Assembly: GCA_020137815.1 (NCBI GenBank)
Contig: CM035355.1
Location: forward strand, 3,286,001 to 3,350,000
Length of the DNA stretch: 64,000 nucleotides
Origin: Hormiphora californensis
Taxonomy: Eukaryota; Animalia; Ctenophora
Direction: 5' to 3'
The position numbers and the translations under genes were made by a program. Shown here one piece after another: positions 29,073-41,834 of the stretch (position 1 is its first letter; every line of letters starts with the position of its first letter). Below the pieces are notes generated by a model that saw nothing but the letters and a program-made list of their open reading frames with translations, made no database searches and had not been told where the DNA came from.

Positions 29073-32000
29073 GAAAATGAAAATGAAAATGAACTTCAAT
29101 ATTTATATTTGAGTCATATAAGTGACTCGTCCCGCTCTCACACTATAGACATATACAAATAAGTCATATATATATCCTACAAGGCTGAGAGGCTTAGAGC
29201 TACAGCAGTTACCTAAAGCGGGCTTGCGACTGAGATGGACAGTAGGCACAGAAACAATGATCTAATAACTATATGGATAGAATGCAATGGGTAGATTTAA
29301 CAGTAAAAAATAAATAACTAAGTTAATTAATTATTAAGTTAGAAATAGTTTAATAAGTTAACTAACTATAACTTGCTCCTCACATTCACACACACACATG
29401 TCACACACACACACACACATGTCACACATACACACACGTCACACACACAACCGCACCAAAAACAACGCCTTCACACGTCACAAACATACAAACATTGTCA
29501 AGATTAGTCGGTATAATAAATTAATTAAAAAGTTATCACCACAAAAAGGATGTAAATTAAACCTAATATTTACCCAAAAACGGCATAAAGTTATAAATAG
29601 CATATCGTTATCACCTTATCACACACGCGGTTTGAACATTAAGCATTTAAGATTAGACAATCCATTACGTTTACACAGGTTGCATTTTTCAACAGTATTT
29701 CACCACTTTCAAATGTTCATATTGGGTACGCTGCGTTAGCTGTGTTTTCATTCGTTTCGTTTGGCGTGCACGTCACACGATTCGTTTCGGGTAACTGATT
29801 TCTCCTGGCCCATACTCGGCCAATTCTCTTTACCCTCATCTCTACCCTACATCTCAAAAGCCAAGATTTTGTCTATTTAGAATTCACACACCAACGAACG
29901 AACAAATACTCTCAAAAACTTAACCTAACTCTGGAAAATAAAGATGGTCACTCTCCTAACTCTGGATGGTGGAGGATAGGGATGATGGAGAGTGTTTAGG
30001 AATGTTGAAGTGATATAGGGACAAGGATGGATGTAGGGAGGGAGGGCAGGACTGATGAAGGAGGGTAGGACTGATGAAGGAGGGTGGGACTGATGAAGGA
30101 GGGTAGGACTGATGAAGGAGGGTGGGACTGATGAAGGAGGGTAGGACTGATGAAGGAGGGTGGGACTGATGAAGGAGGGCAGGACTGATGAAGGAGGGTG
30201 GGACTGATGAAGGAGGGTAGGACTGATGAAGGAGGGTGGGACTGATGAAGGAGGGCAGGACTGATGAAGGAGGGTGGGACTGATGAAGGAGGGCAGGACT
30301 GATGAAGGAGGGTAGGACTGTTGAAAGAGGGTAGGACTGATGAAGGAGGGGGTAGGACTGATGAAGGGGGTAGCCGGTAGCACAGGATAATAAAGGGTGT
30401 TGAGGACAGAGGATGATGGATGTTGGAGGTCAGCAAGTAGATGGTGGGATAGGTCGGAGTTTCCAGGAGGTAAGAGGAAGGAAATTAGTCGTAGGCAAGG
30501 TTGAACAGGTAGGTCTTTAGTGATTTTTTGAAGGTTACCACAGATTCACTGTTTCTGATGTATTTTGGCAGTTTATTCCATAGTTTCGGTGCCGTGACAC
30601 TGAAAGCTTTTTCAGTGACCTTGTACTTGGTATGACATTCCTCTAATCTTGAAACATCTTCATCTACTCTGAGTCTCTTCACTTTTGTTTGCCTCCTTTG
30701 GATCATTTCTGTCATATAGCTTGGGGATCTACCATTTAGGGCATTGTATATCATCAGACATGCTTTAAACTCGATACGATGTTTCACGGGAAGAAAGTGG
30801 GACTTCTTCCTTAGTTCTGTGACCCCTCTCCTGCTTCTTTGACCATGTATGAAGCGTGTGGCTGCATTTTGCAGTAATTGGAGTCGTTTAACGTCTGATT
30901 CTTTCGACCTTAGTAGTAATGCGTTGCAGTAATCTATCCTCGAGTGTATCAAGGTGTTAACAAGGAGAGTCTTCTGGTGTTTGTTCAGCTTACTAGCTAT
31001 CCTCCACATGTTTGTCAGCTGAAGGTTGCCCATCTGAACTATCCGCGATACATGTTTGGTCATGTTGAGCTCTTTGTCGAACATAACTCCCAGGTTCTTT
31101 GCAGCATCAGTAACTCCTATTTCTTCATCTTCAGTTATAGAGACTGTTTCCGGTGCATCTGTTTTATCCCATCTGGTTCTTAGTATCATTACTTCGGTCT
31201 TGTTAGGATTGAGCTTCAGGAGATTTTGAGCCATCCAGAGTCGTATATGGGCAACACATTTTTGCACCTGGCTCATTGCTGACTGTAGGTCCTGAGGCAC
31301 AAATGAAATGGAGAGTTGGGTATCATCAGCGTACATATGGATGTTTAGATTGTACAACTGAGCGATTCTCTCCAGGTCTCGGGTGTATAAAATGAAAAGG
31401 AGGGGCCCCAAAATACTCCCCTGAGGGACTCCTATTTTCATATCCACAGCTGCAGATTCGTTTGGTCCAATCTTTACTCTTGCTGTTCTTTTCTCTAGAT
31501 AAGACTCGATCCATTTCAACACCTTACCAGTGATGCCATAATCATGTTTGAGTCGTTGGATTAGTCTGGAGTGGGAGATCGTGTCAAAGGCTGCGGATAA
31601 ATCCAACAGCACTAAAATGACTTTCGTTTTCTTGTCCATTTGTATCAGGATATCATTCACAATCTTAACAGTGGCGGTCTCACAGCTATGTGCTTCCCTG
31701 TACGCTGACTGAACGGAGCTGAACAGTTTATTTGTCTCTATATGCTGTGTCAATTGCTGGGCAACACACTTTTCCAGTATCTTGGATATAAACGACAAGT
31801 TTGATATTGGCCTATAGCTGCTGAGTTCATCAGGGTCGAGGTCTTTGTTCTTGAAGGAAGGGCGTATAACAGCTGATTTTAGGTTAGTTGGGACCACTCC
31901 ATCAGACATACTGCGGTTGACAATCTTAGATATGATGGGCAGGAGTTCTGGTAGTGAACTGCCGACCATGGTTGATGGGATAGGGTCCAGCGGGCAGTGT

Positions 32001-33085
32001 TTCTTGTTCATACTCCGGATGATAGATACTAGTTCAGTGTCAGAAACTGCCTTAAACATTGAGAGATTAGGGCAGTTATGGGATGATGGTTGTTGTGGAA
32101 TAGGTGGTAGATCTGCTGAGTAGGCAGGGTCTTCTTTGATTTTCTCGTAGATCTTATCAATCTTGGAGGTAAAATACTGCATCATCTTGTCTGGAAGCGT
32201 CTCTGGTTCATCTGTGGTTGGTAACTGCTTCGGAACTTTCTCTTTGCCAAGAAGATAGTTTAAGATCTGATATGTAGCAGCAGGGTTACCTTCAGCAGCT
32301 TCAAGGCGGTTTCGGAAGAACATCTTTCTAGCTCGAGTAAAAACAATCTTGGCTGCACGAATCTCAGTGGTGAACTCCTTCTCTGCATCAAGTACTTTTT
32401 CATGGGGAACGGTTTTACCTTTGTTCTTTCTCTTCAGAGCTTGCTTTAATACTTTCTTGTATCTTCGTTCAGCTCTCCTTCTCCTTCGAAGGGCATCGTA
32501 ACACTCCTGATTAAACCATAGAGGTTTGTTTGAGAGTTTGATGTCTTTGTCTTCGATCGGTGCAAGTTCGTCTAGTATTTGTTCCAGTGTACTGTTGTAT
32601 AGTTCAACACATTCCTCCACGGTGTTCGGGAGTGGTTGTTTACAGAGTTTTGAATCAAGTATACGCTTCCTCAAAGTTTCAATCGAAAGTTTCTTCAGCG
32701 ATCTCCCAGTAACTGTTTTGCAGCTTGGTTTTCTGTTTGCTGATCCACAGTGCAGATGGAATTCAATGAGAAAATGGTCAGGAACCTCAGGGGTAGGGGT
32801 AACATTCACCGAGCTTACTGATGGGAGATCCTTCGTCAATACAAGGTCTAGTGTTCCACCTAGAATATGGGTCGGTTCCTGGACATGCTGGACCCACCCA
32901 TGGTCTGCAAGGATCTGTTGAAAACCATTTGAAAAAGAACAAGTCGCAGTTTCGATGTGTATATTGAAATCACCAGTTATCACAAGGTGACCAGACATTG
33001 ATGAAAATGAAGATAGGATGGCTTCAAAATCATCAAGAAACTCTGTGTGCTTGGAGTGATTTGGGGGGCGATAGAGTACAGCGTC
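29073..33085 (-). mobile_element. 5'-truncated CR1/L2-type LINE: partial AP endonuclease plus full reverse transcriptase (ORF 30485-33160), long 3' UTR, (ATTTTC)n tail
   Basis: LYRPP, GDFNIH, TLDLV, DHFLI (endonuclease C-half); YRPISNL, LDLSAAFDT, GVPQGSILGP, YADD (RT); the tail reads tgaaaa x3 at ~29072-29092 on +. Confidence 0.92.
30042..30370. repeat. 18-bp minisatellite (ggactgatgaaggagggt) in the LINE 3' UTR
   Basis: About 17 tandem copies directly visible. Confidence 0.95.
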
Positions 33086-33638
33086 TTTCGCACTCGATTT
33101 GCAGCGGTTTCGGAAACTTTTTTCGCCGCAGCGCTCAATTTTGTCAATTGTGCAGCACACAATCCAATATTTTCTTGGAAAAAGCCACTGTGCGCAGCAC
33201 GCGCCGCTCTGGGTGTAACGACTGAGTAAAGACCGTGTAAACTCTGTGTAAATACTGAACTTTTTTAGGGATCCCTATCCAGGCTTTATTTTTTATTTAG
33301 AACTGATCTTGTATTGCGCGCGTACGTAAATTGAAGTCAGCTGCGCGGATTATTATTTGCGCGTACCATAATAGGGCTGGATCTCGCGCGAAGGTTCTTA
33401 TCTTTCTGGGTTTGCGCGTTCCACCGTCTCAGAAATGACGCAATATCGCCGTGGACGATCGATTGTGAAACAAAAAGCTCAATAGAAAACCCCGGGGCCC
33501 AGTTTGTTGTTTCTTCAAAAGAAAGCCAGATCTTGGGGTGGATTTGAATTAGTTCAGAAATAACATTAACATGATACAATAACACACTCTTTATCAACAC
33601 AATCACAAACTGGGTACTTCACAGTCTCTTTTATTGGT

Positions 33639-34593
33639 TTATCTTAGGAGAGCACCCACTACACTCTTCACATTTAGGGCCCTCAGATCCGGGTATTGCT
33701 GGCCCGTTCCAACAAATACAATGGGCTGACCCGTTATGTAGGTCATTGAAATAGCAGCACCGACCTGTAGCAGGGAGAGATACAGTGAGAGAAGTTATAA
33801 AACTTTCTGTTTGTAAGTGCTACAATTCGAACTTTTGGATAACCGAAAAAGTGACATAGATTGAGGTCAGGAAAACCTAGTTTTAAACGACCCTATAAAT
33901 GTAATTACCTTGTCATCAATGCAGTCAAATTTGGTTAAGAGAATTCCATCTATAATGGATTTAGTACCTGCCTCAGCACTAACGTTGTTATCAATCAGGG
34001 CCTGGTTAAACTTAACCAGTTGATCAACCTGAGAGGGAGGGGGTCAGCAACAAGGCGCAGAGTAGCTGGGGAGGGTGGTTTGAACTAGTGTGTTCAAGAG
34101 TATGCTGTGCGGCACAAGAGATAGAGATTATACTGAAACCAAAGAACAGAAGATTACATAATTGGGGTTGTTCCGTAAATTGAAATGTGTGTATCCGCTG
34201 GTGTGTACTAGCTCTCTCTTTACATCTTGGTCTCTCTTTACATCTTGCTCTCTCTTTACATATTTCTTACCGCTTCATTTCCTACTAGAGCCTCGCCCAC
34301 GAAGAGTGTCAGATCAGGTTTGTTTAGTGCCACTAGTTTACTGAGGGCTCTCATCAGGGGCTCATTGTCCTGCATTCTACCCGCAGTATCAACCAATACA
34401 ACGTCAAAACACCTGTCTTTTGCATATTTGATCGCTTCAAATGCCAAACCTGAAAGAGTGGGTACTAATTAATATAATATATGCCAAAAACTAACAGAAA
34501 TTAGTTGGCTGGAAAGGTGACCACTTTTATTGTCAAACTTACACCTTTGCCCTCTCCGGGTTGTTTCATCATTATATTTCCCTCTCACTTTGA

Positions 34594-34682
<89 letters not shown>

Positions 34683-37600
34683 TTCTCTTTCCCTTTCCCT
34701 CTATTTCCGTAACCCGGGCCGGGCAAAGGTGTAAGTTTGACAATAAAAGTGGTCACCTTTCCAGCCAACTAATTTCTGTTAGTTTTTGGCATAATTTAGG
34801 TCTATTTTTGGTATTTTCTGATGTGAAATTCGATGTAAGACATGTCTGGACGTAGTAGAACTTGTAAAGACCGTCAGAAATCGCTAAAATACGAAAATTT
34901 CGATTTTGACGTCATTTTGACGTCATAGTGTGACGTCACGACGTTATAACGTCTTGCTAGTGAACAATTATTATCAGGCTCATCTAGATAAAGATGCTGA
35001 CCAAGTTTGAGATCGATTGGACAAGATTTGAGGTCGCTATGGCGAAAAACGCACTATCGTCATAACTATTTTCATACAGTCTTAAAACTTCAGACGCGAT
35101 TTATGACCCTTGGAAATAGAGTTTCACAAATTCGCCATATAGTTTCTGAAAGTTTAGACGATTATCTTTCATAAGTGTGGTCTCCATTTTTCAATCAGAA
35201 GCCGTCTTCAGGGTGTAAATTGAGCTCAAAGAAATTTGGTCGATTTGAAAAATATCTTAACTTTATGACAGTTTTTAAGGACGTTCTGGTAAGACATAGA
35301 ACATGAAAACCGTCCAATAACACAATTCAAACGATTATCTTTCGAATGCAACAAACGAGAAGTGTCTATCTCTTGTAGTTTTTCCAGAAAATTGTCTGCA
35401 AATTGTGTAAAAAAGCGTCTATATGTATGTATGTACATATATATATATATATATATATAGACACGGACATTTATTGCTTTTTTCACCATGTCATAACTCT
35501 AAAACTAAAAGAGATAGAGACTTGCCCTTTTAAACTCCAGTAGATCTAGTCTACGTGACACTGTATACCAAATTTCAGACCGATCGGTGCAGTGGGGGCC
35601 TCGCTATGGGCGTCGCAAAATGCCATTTTTGGCTAAAAACTGAAAAAACTTATTACTGCTCTCTGGCACGCGCGGTTGGGGGGAGGTGGTGGTCACCTTT
35701 GCGCTTGCCAGCGCAGTGATATTCAATATATTATATTGAATAAATAATATATTGAGGGGGAGTTCTACACCACAATCAGGATAATTAGTTCACTAATTAT
35801 GTAACTAATTAATTAGTCTTGTAGTCAATTAGTATTGTCCCTACCTGCAGGATCCTTGCCGTATCCCCTCTCATACAGCTGTACCATATCCTCATTGTAC
35901 ATGTTTGCCAGACGGACAACGTGAGTCCTCAACTGTTCCACCGCACCTAGTTGGGGAGAATGGAACTATGATAATGGAACACCTAGTTGGGGAGAATTGA
36001 ACCATGATAATGTAACACAGTTGGATACAGTTCTAATTGTACCAGATTATTGTTCAAGCTGGCACCAATTACATTGTGCTGGCGCCACCACTTACCTTAC
36101 CTTGTTCGACCCTCTAGGTTTGAACAAAACAACACTTACCAGCTCTAAAGGTGTCACTACACCACTTACCAGCTCGGAAGGTGTCACTGCACCACTTACC
36201 AGCTCTAAAGGTGTCACTGCACCACTTACCAGCTCTAAAGGTGTCACTGCACCACTTACCAGCTCGGAAGGTGTCACCGCCAACAACTAGCACCCTATAT
36301 CCATTATCCAACAACCAGAAGCACACCTTTGCCAGATTAGTGCTCTTCCCCACACCATTTACCCCACAGAATGTGATCACATAGGGCTTTCCCCGGGCTT
36401 TAGCGTCCACTACATCGCGGAGCACGTTTCACACGACGTTTAGGAGAGAGGATCTGAACAATTGGGGAATGTATAGTATTGGGGGGGGGGGGTATAATAG
36501 GGGGTATGTAGTAGAGGGAATGTATAACGGGGGGGGGGGGGGGTGTCGCAAGATTGGAAGAAGCAGGATGTTTGGCGGGCAGCCAGATATACAGAAAGAA
36601 CAACATCCTCCTGTGGCTGTTTATATATCTTTTCAGAAGTCTAGTCATAGAACTGACTTGTTATATTCCAATCCAACAAAACGGTGAAAGAGGATCTGAT
36701 CTAACGACTAGCAAGGCAAAGAACATACGCACACACACACACACCATAAAACACATACTCATGCTGTTACCTTGGTGAGTGTCTCGCTAAGGGCGTTCTT
36801 CACAGTTGAGCTGAGACCAGTAAAGGAGCTATAACTCTTTCCAACTAGAGTACTTTCCAGACTATCACATAACTGATATGATATCTCTGCAGCTACGTTC
36901 TTAGAAGTCAGGTGTTCTTTCAGCTTGTCCAGAACTGAATGGAGAAGTGATCATTATGGAATATGGAATGATAAATCGAGAAATTCCCAGTTCCCTAATT
37001 GCACACAACTCTATTAAACCCGATAGAAAGAGTCAAAAGTAAGCAATTAGTGTCAACAATGACCCAACCCCTAAAATCTAACCACAACCCCCGCTAAAAG
37101 TTACCAGGTTGGAGTTGTTCAGAGGTGATGGTTTGCTGAGTTGATAGGTTGATGTTCTTGAGGAAGGAGAACATGCCACCACCACTGCTACTGGTCTTAC
37201 TGTTATCTGTCACCTAGGGACGGGGGTTGTGGGTTGTTATCTGTCACCTAGAGACGGGGGTTGGGGGTTGTTATCTATCACCTAGGGACGGGGGTTTGGG
37301 TTGTTATCTGTCACCTAGGGACGGGGGTTGTGGGTTGTTATCTGTCACCTAGAGACGGGGGTTTGCGTTGGTATCTGTCACCTAGAGACGGGGGTTGTGG
37401 GTTGTTATCTGTCACCTAGAGACAGGGGGTTTGGGTTGTTATCTGTCACCTAGGGAGACGTAATTTGTGAATTTGGGGTCAGTAACGAAATTAACTAGTG
37501 CTCAGGAAGGGTTAGCTACGCTGCCAAATACGGGGCCACTAAGAAATTAAAATCCCATTCCCCAAGAAATGTTTTACCACATCATCATCATCATCGTCAT

Positions 37601-40600
37601 CCCCAAATCCAGCAAGTTCACCGGACATTGTTCCCTTTAGGTAACTCTCATCCTTCAGATTCATATTAGTCGCCTCCACAGGTGCAGACCTATCCAGACC
37701 CTCGGTAGATGTTCCACCCATTTCCCACTCTCGAGCTGCTTTTCCTTTCTTTCCCTTTTTCCCTTTTTCTTTCGGTTCTGCTTCCACCGCTGCAGCTGTA
37801 GTTGCAGCACCCTTCTTTCCATTCTTCTTTGCTGTGTGAAAAGTTGGTTGTTAGTTAGATTACAAAATATAGAAAACGAGATTTGTTTTTCAATTATTTT
37901 AAGCTCCGGGTAACACTGTCGAGCATTGCCAAGTTAGACTGTTATTTGCGCGCCCCGAGTTAGAACAAAACAAAACAAGTCGAGCACTTTATCAAGTATC
38001 TCTTCACATTTCACAGATCAAGTAAACATATTACTAGAATATTTCCTCATTTTAATGATCACTCCCCCTTTCTAACCTGCCATTTTCTTCCTCAAATTCT
38101 CTCTTGCCAACTCAATATCACTCTGCTTCTTCTCTTGTTCTTGTTTTTCAGCGGCAGCTAACCCCGTTGTTCCCATGACGGCTGTAGCAAGTCGAGCTGC
38201 TGTACTAGCCACACTTTTATCCTTGTGAGATAAAGAGGAGGGACATTATTTATAGGTGACCTCTAATGAATTAGAGATTGAAGGGAGTGGGGGCTATCCA
38301 CAGTGTGGTCTATGGTGCTCCAAATGGCTCATGTTGAATTTCTGTGTTAAATTATAAAAAGCGAACTAAAAGTGAAAAAAGTGAAGTGAAAACAAAGTGA
38401 AGTGAAAAAAAGTGAAGTGAAAACAAAGTGAAGTGAAAAAAAAGTGAAGTGAAAAAAAAGTGAAGTGAAAACAAAGTGAAGTGAAAAAAAAGTGAAGTGT
38501 AAAAAAAGTGAAGTGAAAAAAAAGTGAAGTGAAAAAAAAGTGAAGTGAAAAAAAAAGTGAAGTGAAAACAAAGTGAAGTGAAAGCAAAGTGAAGTGAAAA
38601 AAAAGTGAAGTGAAAAAAAAGTGAAGTGAAAAAAAGTGAAGTGAAAAAAAAGTGAAGTGAAAAAAAAGTGAAGTGAAAAATGTTTGATTTGACCTCTTGG
38701 TGAGTCACGTGCTCTAAATGGCTCAGGTGGCTCAGGTAGGATAGACGCTTTTTATAAACCATATTGAGGCCAAACGAAAAGAGATCGAGACTTCTAGTTT
38801 TCACTAGCTGGTAGATCTACTAGATGTGTGTGCATTAGTTGGGGTGAACTTTACCATCATCTCCAGAAACGTCCTACAGAACGTCTTAAAGTTGTCATTT
38901 TTGATACAATGACCAAACTTCTTTGAGCTCAATTTAAACCTTTAAAATGGATTCTAATCGAAAAATCAAGACTATATCATGGAAAGAGAATTGTCTGAAC
39001 TTTCAGATACTATATTGCAAATTTTCAGAACCCGAGTTCTAAGGGTCGTAAATCGCGTCGAAAGTGTTATGACTATGTTAATATAGATATGACGATATGG
39101 CTTTTTTCGCCATAGCGGGTCCAAATCTCAACAAATCCATCTCAAACTTAATCAATATCTTCGACTTGATATTCCGGATGATATTACGTCATCAGAATAT
39201 AAAATTTTCGCTTCATTTTGACGTCATAACGTGACGTCACGACGTTATGACGTCATACTGATGACGTAATATCATCCGGAATATCAAGTCGAAGATATTG
39301 ATTAAGTTTGAGATGGATTTGTTGAGATTTGGACCCGCTATGGCGAAAAAAGCCATATCGTCATATCTATATTAACATAGTCATAACACTTTCGACGCGA
39401 TTTACGACCCTTAGAACTCGGGTTCTGAAAATTTGCAATATAGTATCTGAAAGTTCAGACAATTCTCTTTCCATGATATAGTCTTGATTTTTCGATTAGA
39501 ATCCATTTTAAAGGTTTAAATTGAGCTCAAAGAAGTTTGGTCATTGTATCAAAAATGACAACTTTAAGACGTTCTGTAGGACGTTTCTGGAGATGATGGT
39601 AAAGTTCACCCCAACTAATGCACACACATCTAGTAGATCTACCAGCTAGTGAAAACTAGAAGTCTCGATCTCTTTTCGTTTGGCCTCAATATGGTTTATA
39701 AAAAGCGTCTATCCTACCTGAGCCACCTGAGCCATTTAGAGCACGTGACTCACCAAGAGGTCAAATCAAACATTTTTCACTTCACTTTTTTTTCACTTCA
39801 CTTTTTTTTCACTTCACTTTTTTTCACTTCACTTTTTTTTCACTTCACTTTTTTTTCACTTCACTTTGCTTTCACTTCACTTTGTTTTCACTTCACTTTT
39901 TTTTTCACTTCACTTTTTTTCACTTCACTTTTTTTTCACTTCACTTTTTTTACACTTCACTTTTTTTTCACTTCACTTTGTTTTCACTTCACTTTTTTTT
40001 CACTTCACTTTTTTTTCACTTCACTTTGTTTTCACTTCACTTTTTTTCACTTCACTTTGTTTTCACTTCACTTTTTTTTCACTTTTAGTTCGCTTTTTAT
40101 AATTTAACACAGAAATTCAACATGAGCCATTTGGAGCACCATAGTGGTCCCACACGCAGGAAGGTGGTATTACAATCACCAACACACTAAACAGAGGAAC
40201 ACTGAACTTTCAGCATCCAAAAGAGGAGCTGCTAGTTCTAACATGCGTACCTGCTCAAATAGTGCCTTATTCGCCACTGCTGTCTTCTCAAACTTCTTGG
40301 ACTCAGTGAACTGCTTCATTACACGTGGCGCCTTCTTTGCCACTCTGTGCTCGTTCTCAATGTTGCTTAGGATGGACGCGAACTCTGAAAAAAGACAATT
40401 TTAGAAGATCAGAATTCAGAGAGAATATATTATACATCCGATGCCGAGAAAGGAACAGAGCTGTATAAGAATGTGACAAAAATAGTGGTGTTTGTGCCAT
40501 CTGTTACCAGTGTTAAAATCACATCCATTAATCCAGAGTGATCCATCTCTCAACTCGTTCTTGTACCGGTCCCTAAACTCCAGGTGAATACTATCCAACA

Positions 40601-41599
40601 ACTTATCTGAAATATGGGCTAGTTAGAGATTCCAGACGAAGAAAAACACTGAACAAAATCGTTAATTTGTGAATTGTAGAATTAAAGATATTAATATTAT
40701 TATTCTAGTGTGTCTACTGTAGGGATATAATACTAATTTGACAAACCAAGGTATGAGAGTTGCAGCATCTTTTGAACAACAACAGCAAAAACCAGCTCAA
40801 ACTCGTTATCAAGTTTTAGTTGAATTGACAGGTTCTTATAGTTGTGTACTGCACTGGAGCTACCCTGCAGGTAGAAAGAGAGAGGGTGGGTAGTTAGAGC
40901 CTTTCTAGACGAGACAAAATCTCGTATGAGGCAGTTATAACTGGCAGTTATAACTGCCTCCTATAGTAGGTAGATACTCGTTTAGAACGATATTTCTACT
41001 CTAACCGCCGGTTAGAGTTTGAACCATTACCGGCTACTATAACTGGCAGTTATAACTGCCTCCTATAGTAGGTAGATACTCGTCTAGAAAGAAAAAGGGC
41101 CTTCGTATGAGGCAGTTATAACTGCTATTGCACGTGATCACTGTCATGTGTGAACAAAATATGATACGGGGACGTTGTGGAAACCTTACACTCACACGAT
41201 GACATGCATTAGCAGTAATACCTGCCTCATACGGCCTTTCTAGACGATGATCGTATGAGGCAATTATAGTAGCCGGTAAGAGTAGCCAGTTACTCGTTTA
41301 GAATGGTTTTACCTACCTACTATAGGAGGCAGTTATAACTGCCTCCTATAGGAGATTTTGTCTCGTTTAGAACAGCTCTTAGTTTCAACAGAACAACACG
41401 ATGGATAGTTTCACACAACAAGTTCATTACGTTAATTAGAAATCAATTAATCAGTTAGTTATTAACTAATTACCTCGACCAAGATGCCCTTGACTGCCTC
41501 ATTAACAGCGGATGTAGAGGTGAGCACCTGGGTACACGCCCCCTGGAAGTAGAAGAGGACGATACCTCCCTTGGTAAAGATGGAGAATAACTCTAACAT
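33639..41599 (-). CDS. SRPRA: Signal recognition particle receptor alpha subunit, ~13 coding exons
   Basis: Exon 41474-41599 [16 protein letters not shown] and 40747-40864 [13 protein letters not shown] (SRX domain); further exons 40508-40606, 40251-40384, 38077-38221, 37578-37831, 37105-37213, ~36771-36934; ~36260-36452 [21 protein letters not shown] (P-loop); ~35845-35947; ~34271-34449 [18 protein letters not shown]; ~33909-34028 TKFD; 33639-33764 [27 protein letters not shown]. Confidence 0.97.
34480..35720 (+). mobile_element. HINE/DINE-1-like (Helentron-associated) non-autonomous element
   Basis: aaaggtgaccac (~34513) has an inverted copy at ~34749 within a ~70-bp arm pair around (CT)n; (TA)n at ~35440; 3' gtggtcaccttt (~35689) is followed by the stem-loop gcgct-tgcc-agcgc. 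Confidence 0.6.
38311..40143. mobile_element. 1.83-kb near-perfect palindromic (foldback) element with 6-bp TSD in an SRPRA intron
   Basis: Arms mirror around ~39225-39245; GTGGTC at both 38305-38310 and 40144-40149; each arm carries an (aagtgaagtgaaaaa)n satellite. Confidence 0.9.
40897..41378. mobile_element. Harbinger-like MITE in the first coding intron of SRPRA
   Basis: TTA-gagc..tctagacgagacaaaatctc / gagattttgtctcgtttaga..gctc-TTA; many gcagttataactg palindromes inside. Confidence 0.75.
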
Positions 41600-41834
41600 C
41601 CTAGTATAGTGAGGGGGGTTAGAAGAGGACGATACCTCCCTTGGTAAAGATGGAGAATAACTCTAACATCCTAGTATAGTGAGGGGGTTAGTAATTGCCT
41701 CTATCATGGGAAAAACTGGCAAAACTGGTTCATACAATACAAAATATGATGTTCAATCTGCTATGACAACGTAAATAAAAGAGACATGAATAAAAAATAG
41801 AAAAGTTTTAAAAAAATATAAAAATGGATTTCCA

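Larger units (their letters stand above)
28974..33277. mobile_element. Inverted-repeat DNA element ends enclosing the LINE
   Basis: tagggatccctaaaaaagttcagtatttacacagag.. at 28974 is mirrored at ~33205-33277; a related end lies at ~3220-3311. Confidence 0.75.

Noticed and set aside
29925-30436. P/S-rich repetitive ORFs
   Set aside because: They translate the 18-bp minisatellite in the LINE 3' UTR.
38347-40107. Mirror-image F/H/T-rich ORFs
   Set aside because: They come from the satellite in the two palindrome arms.
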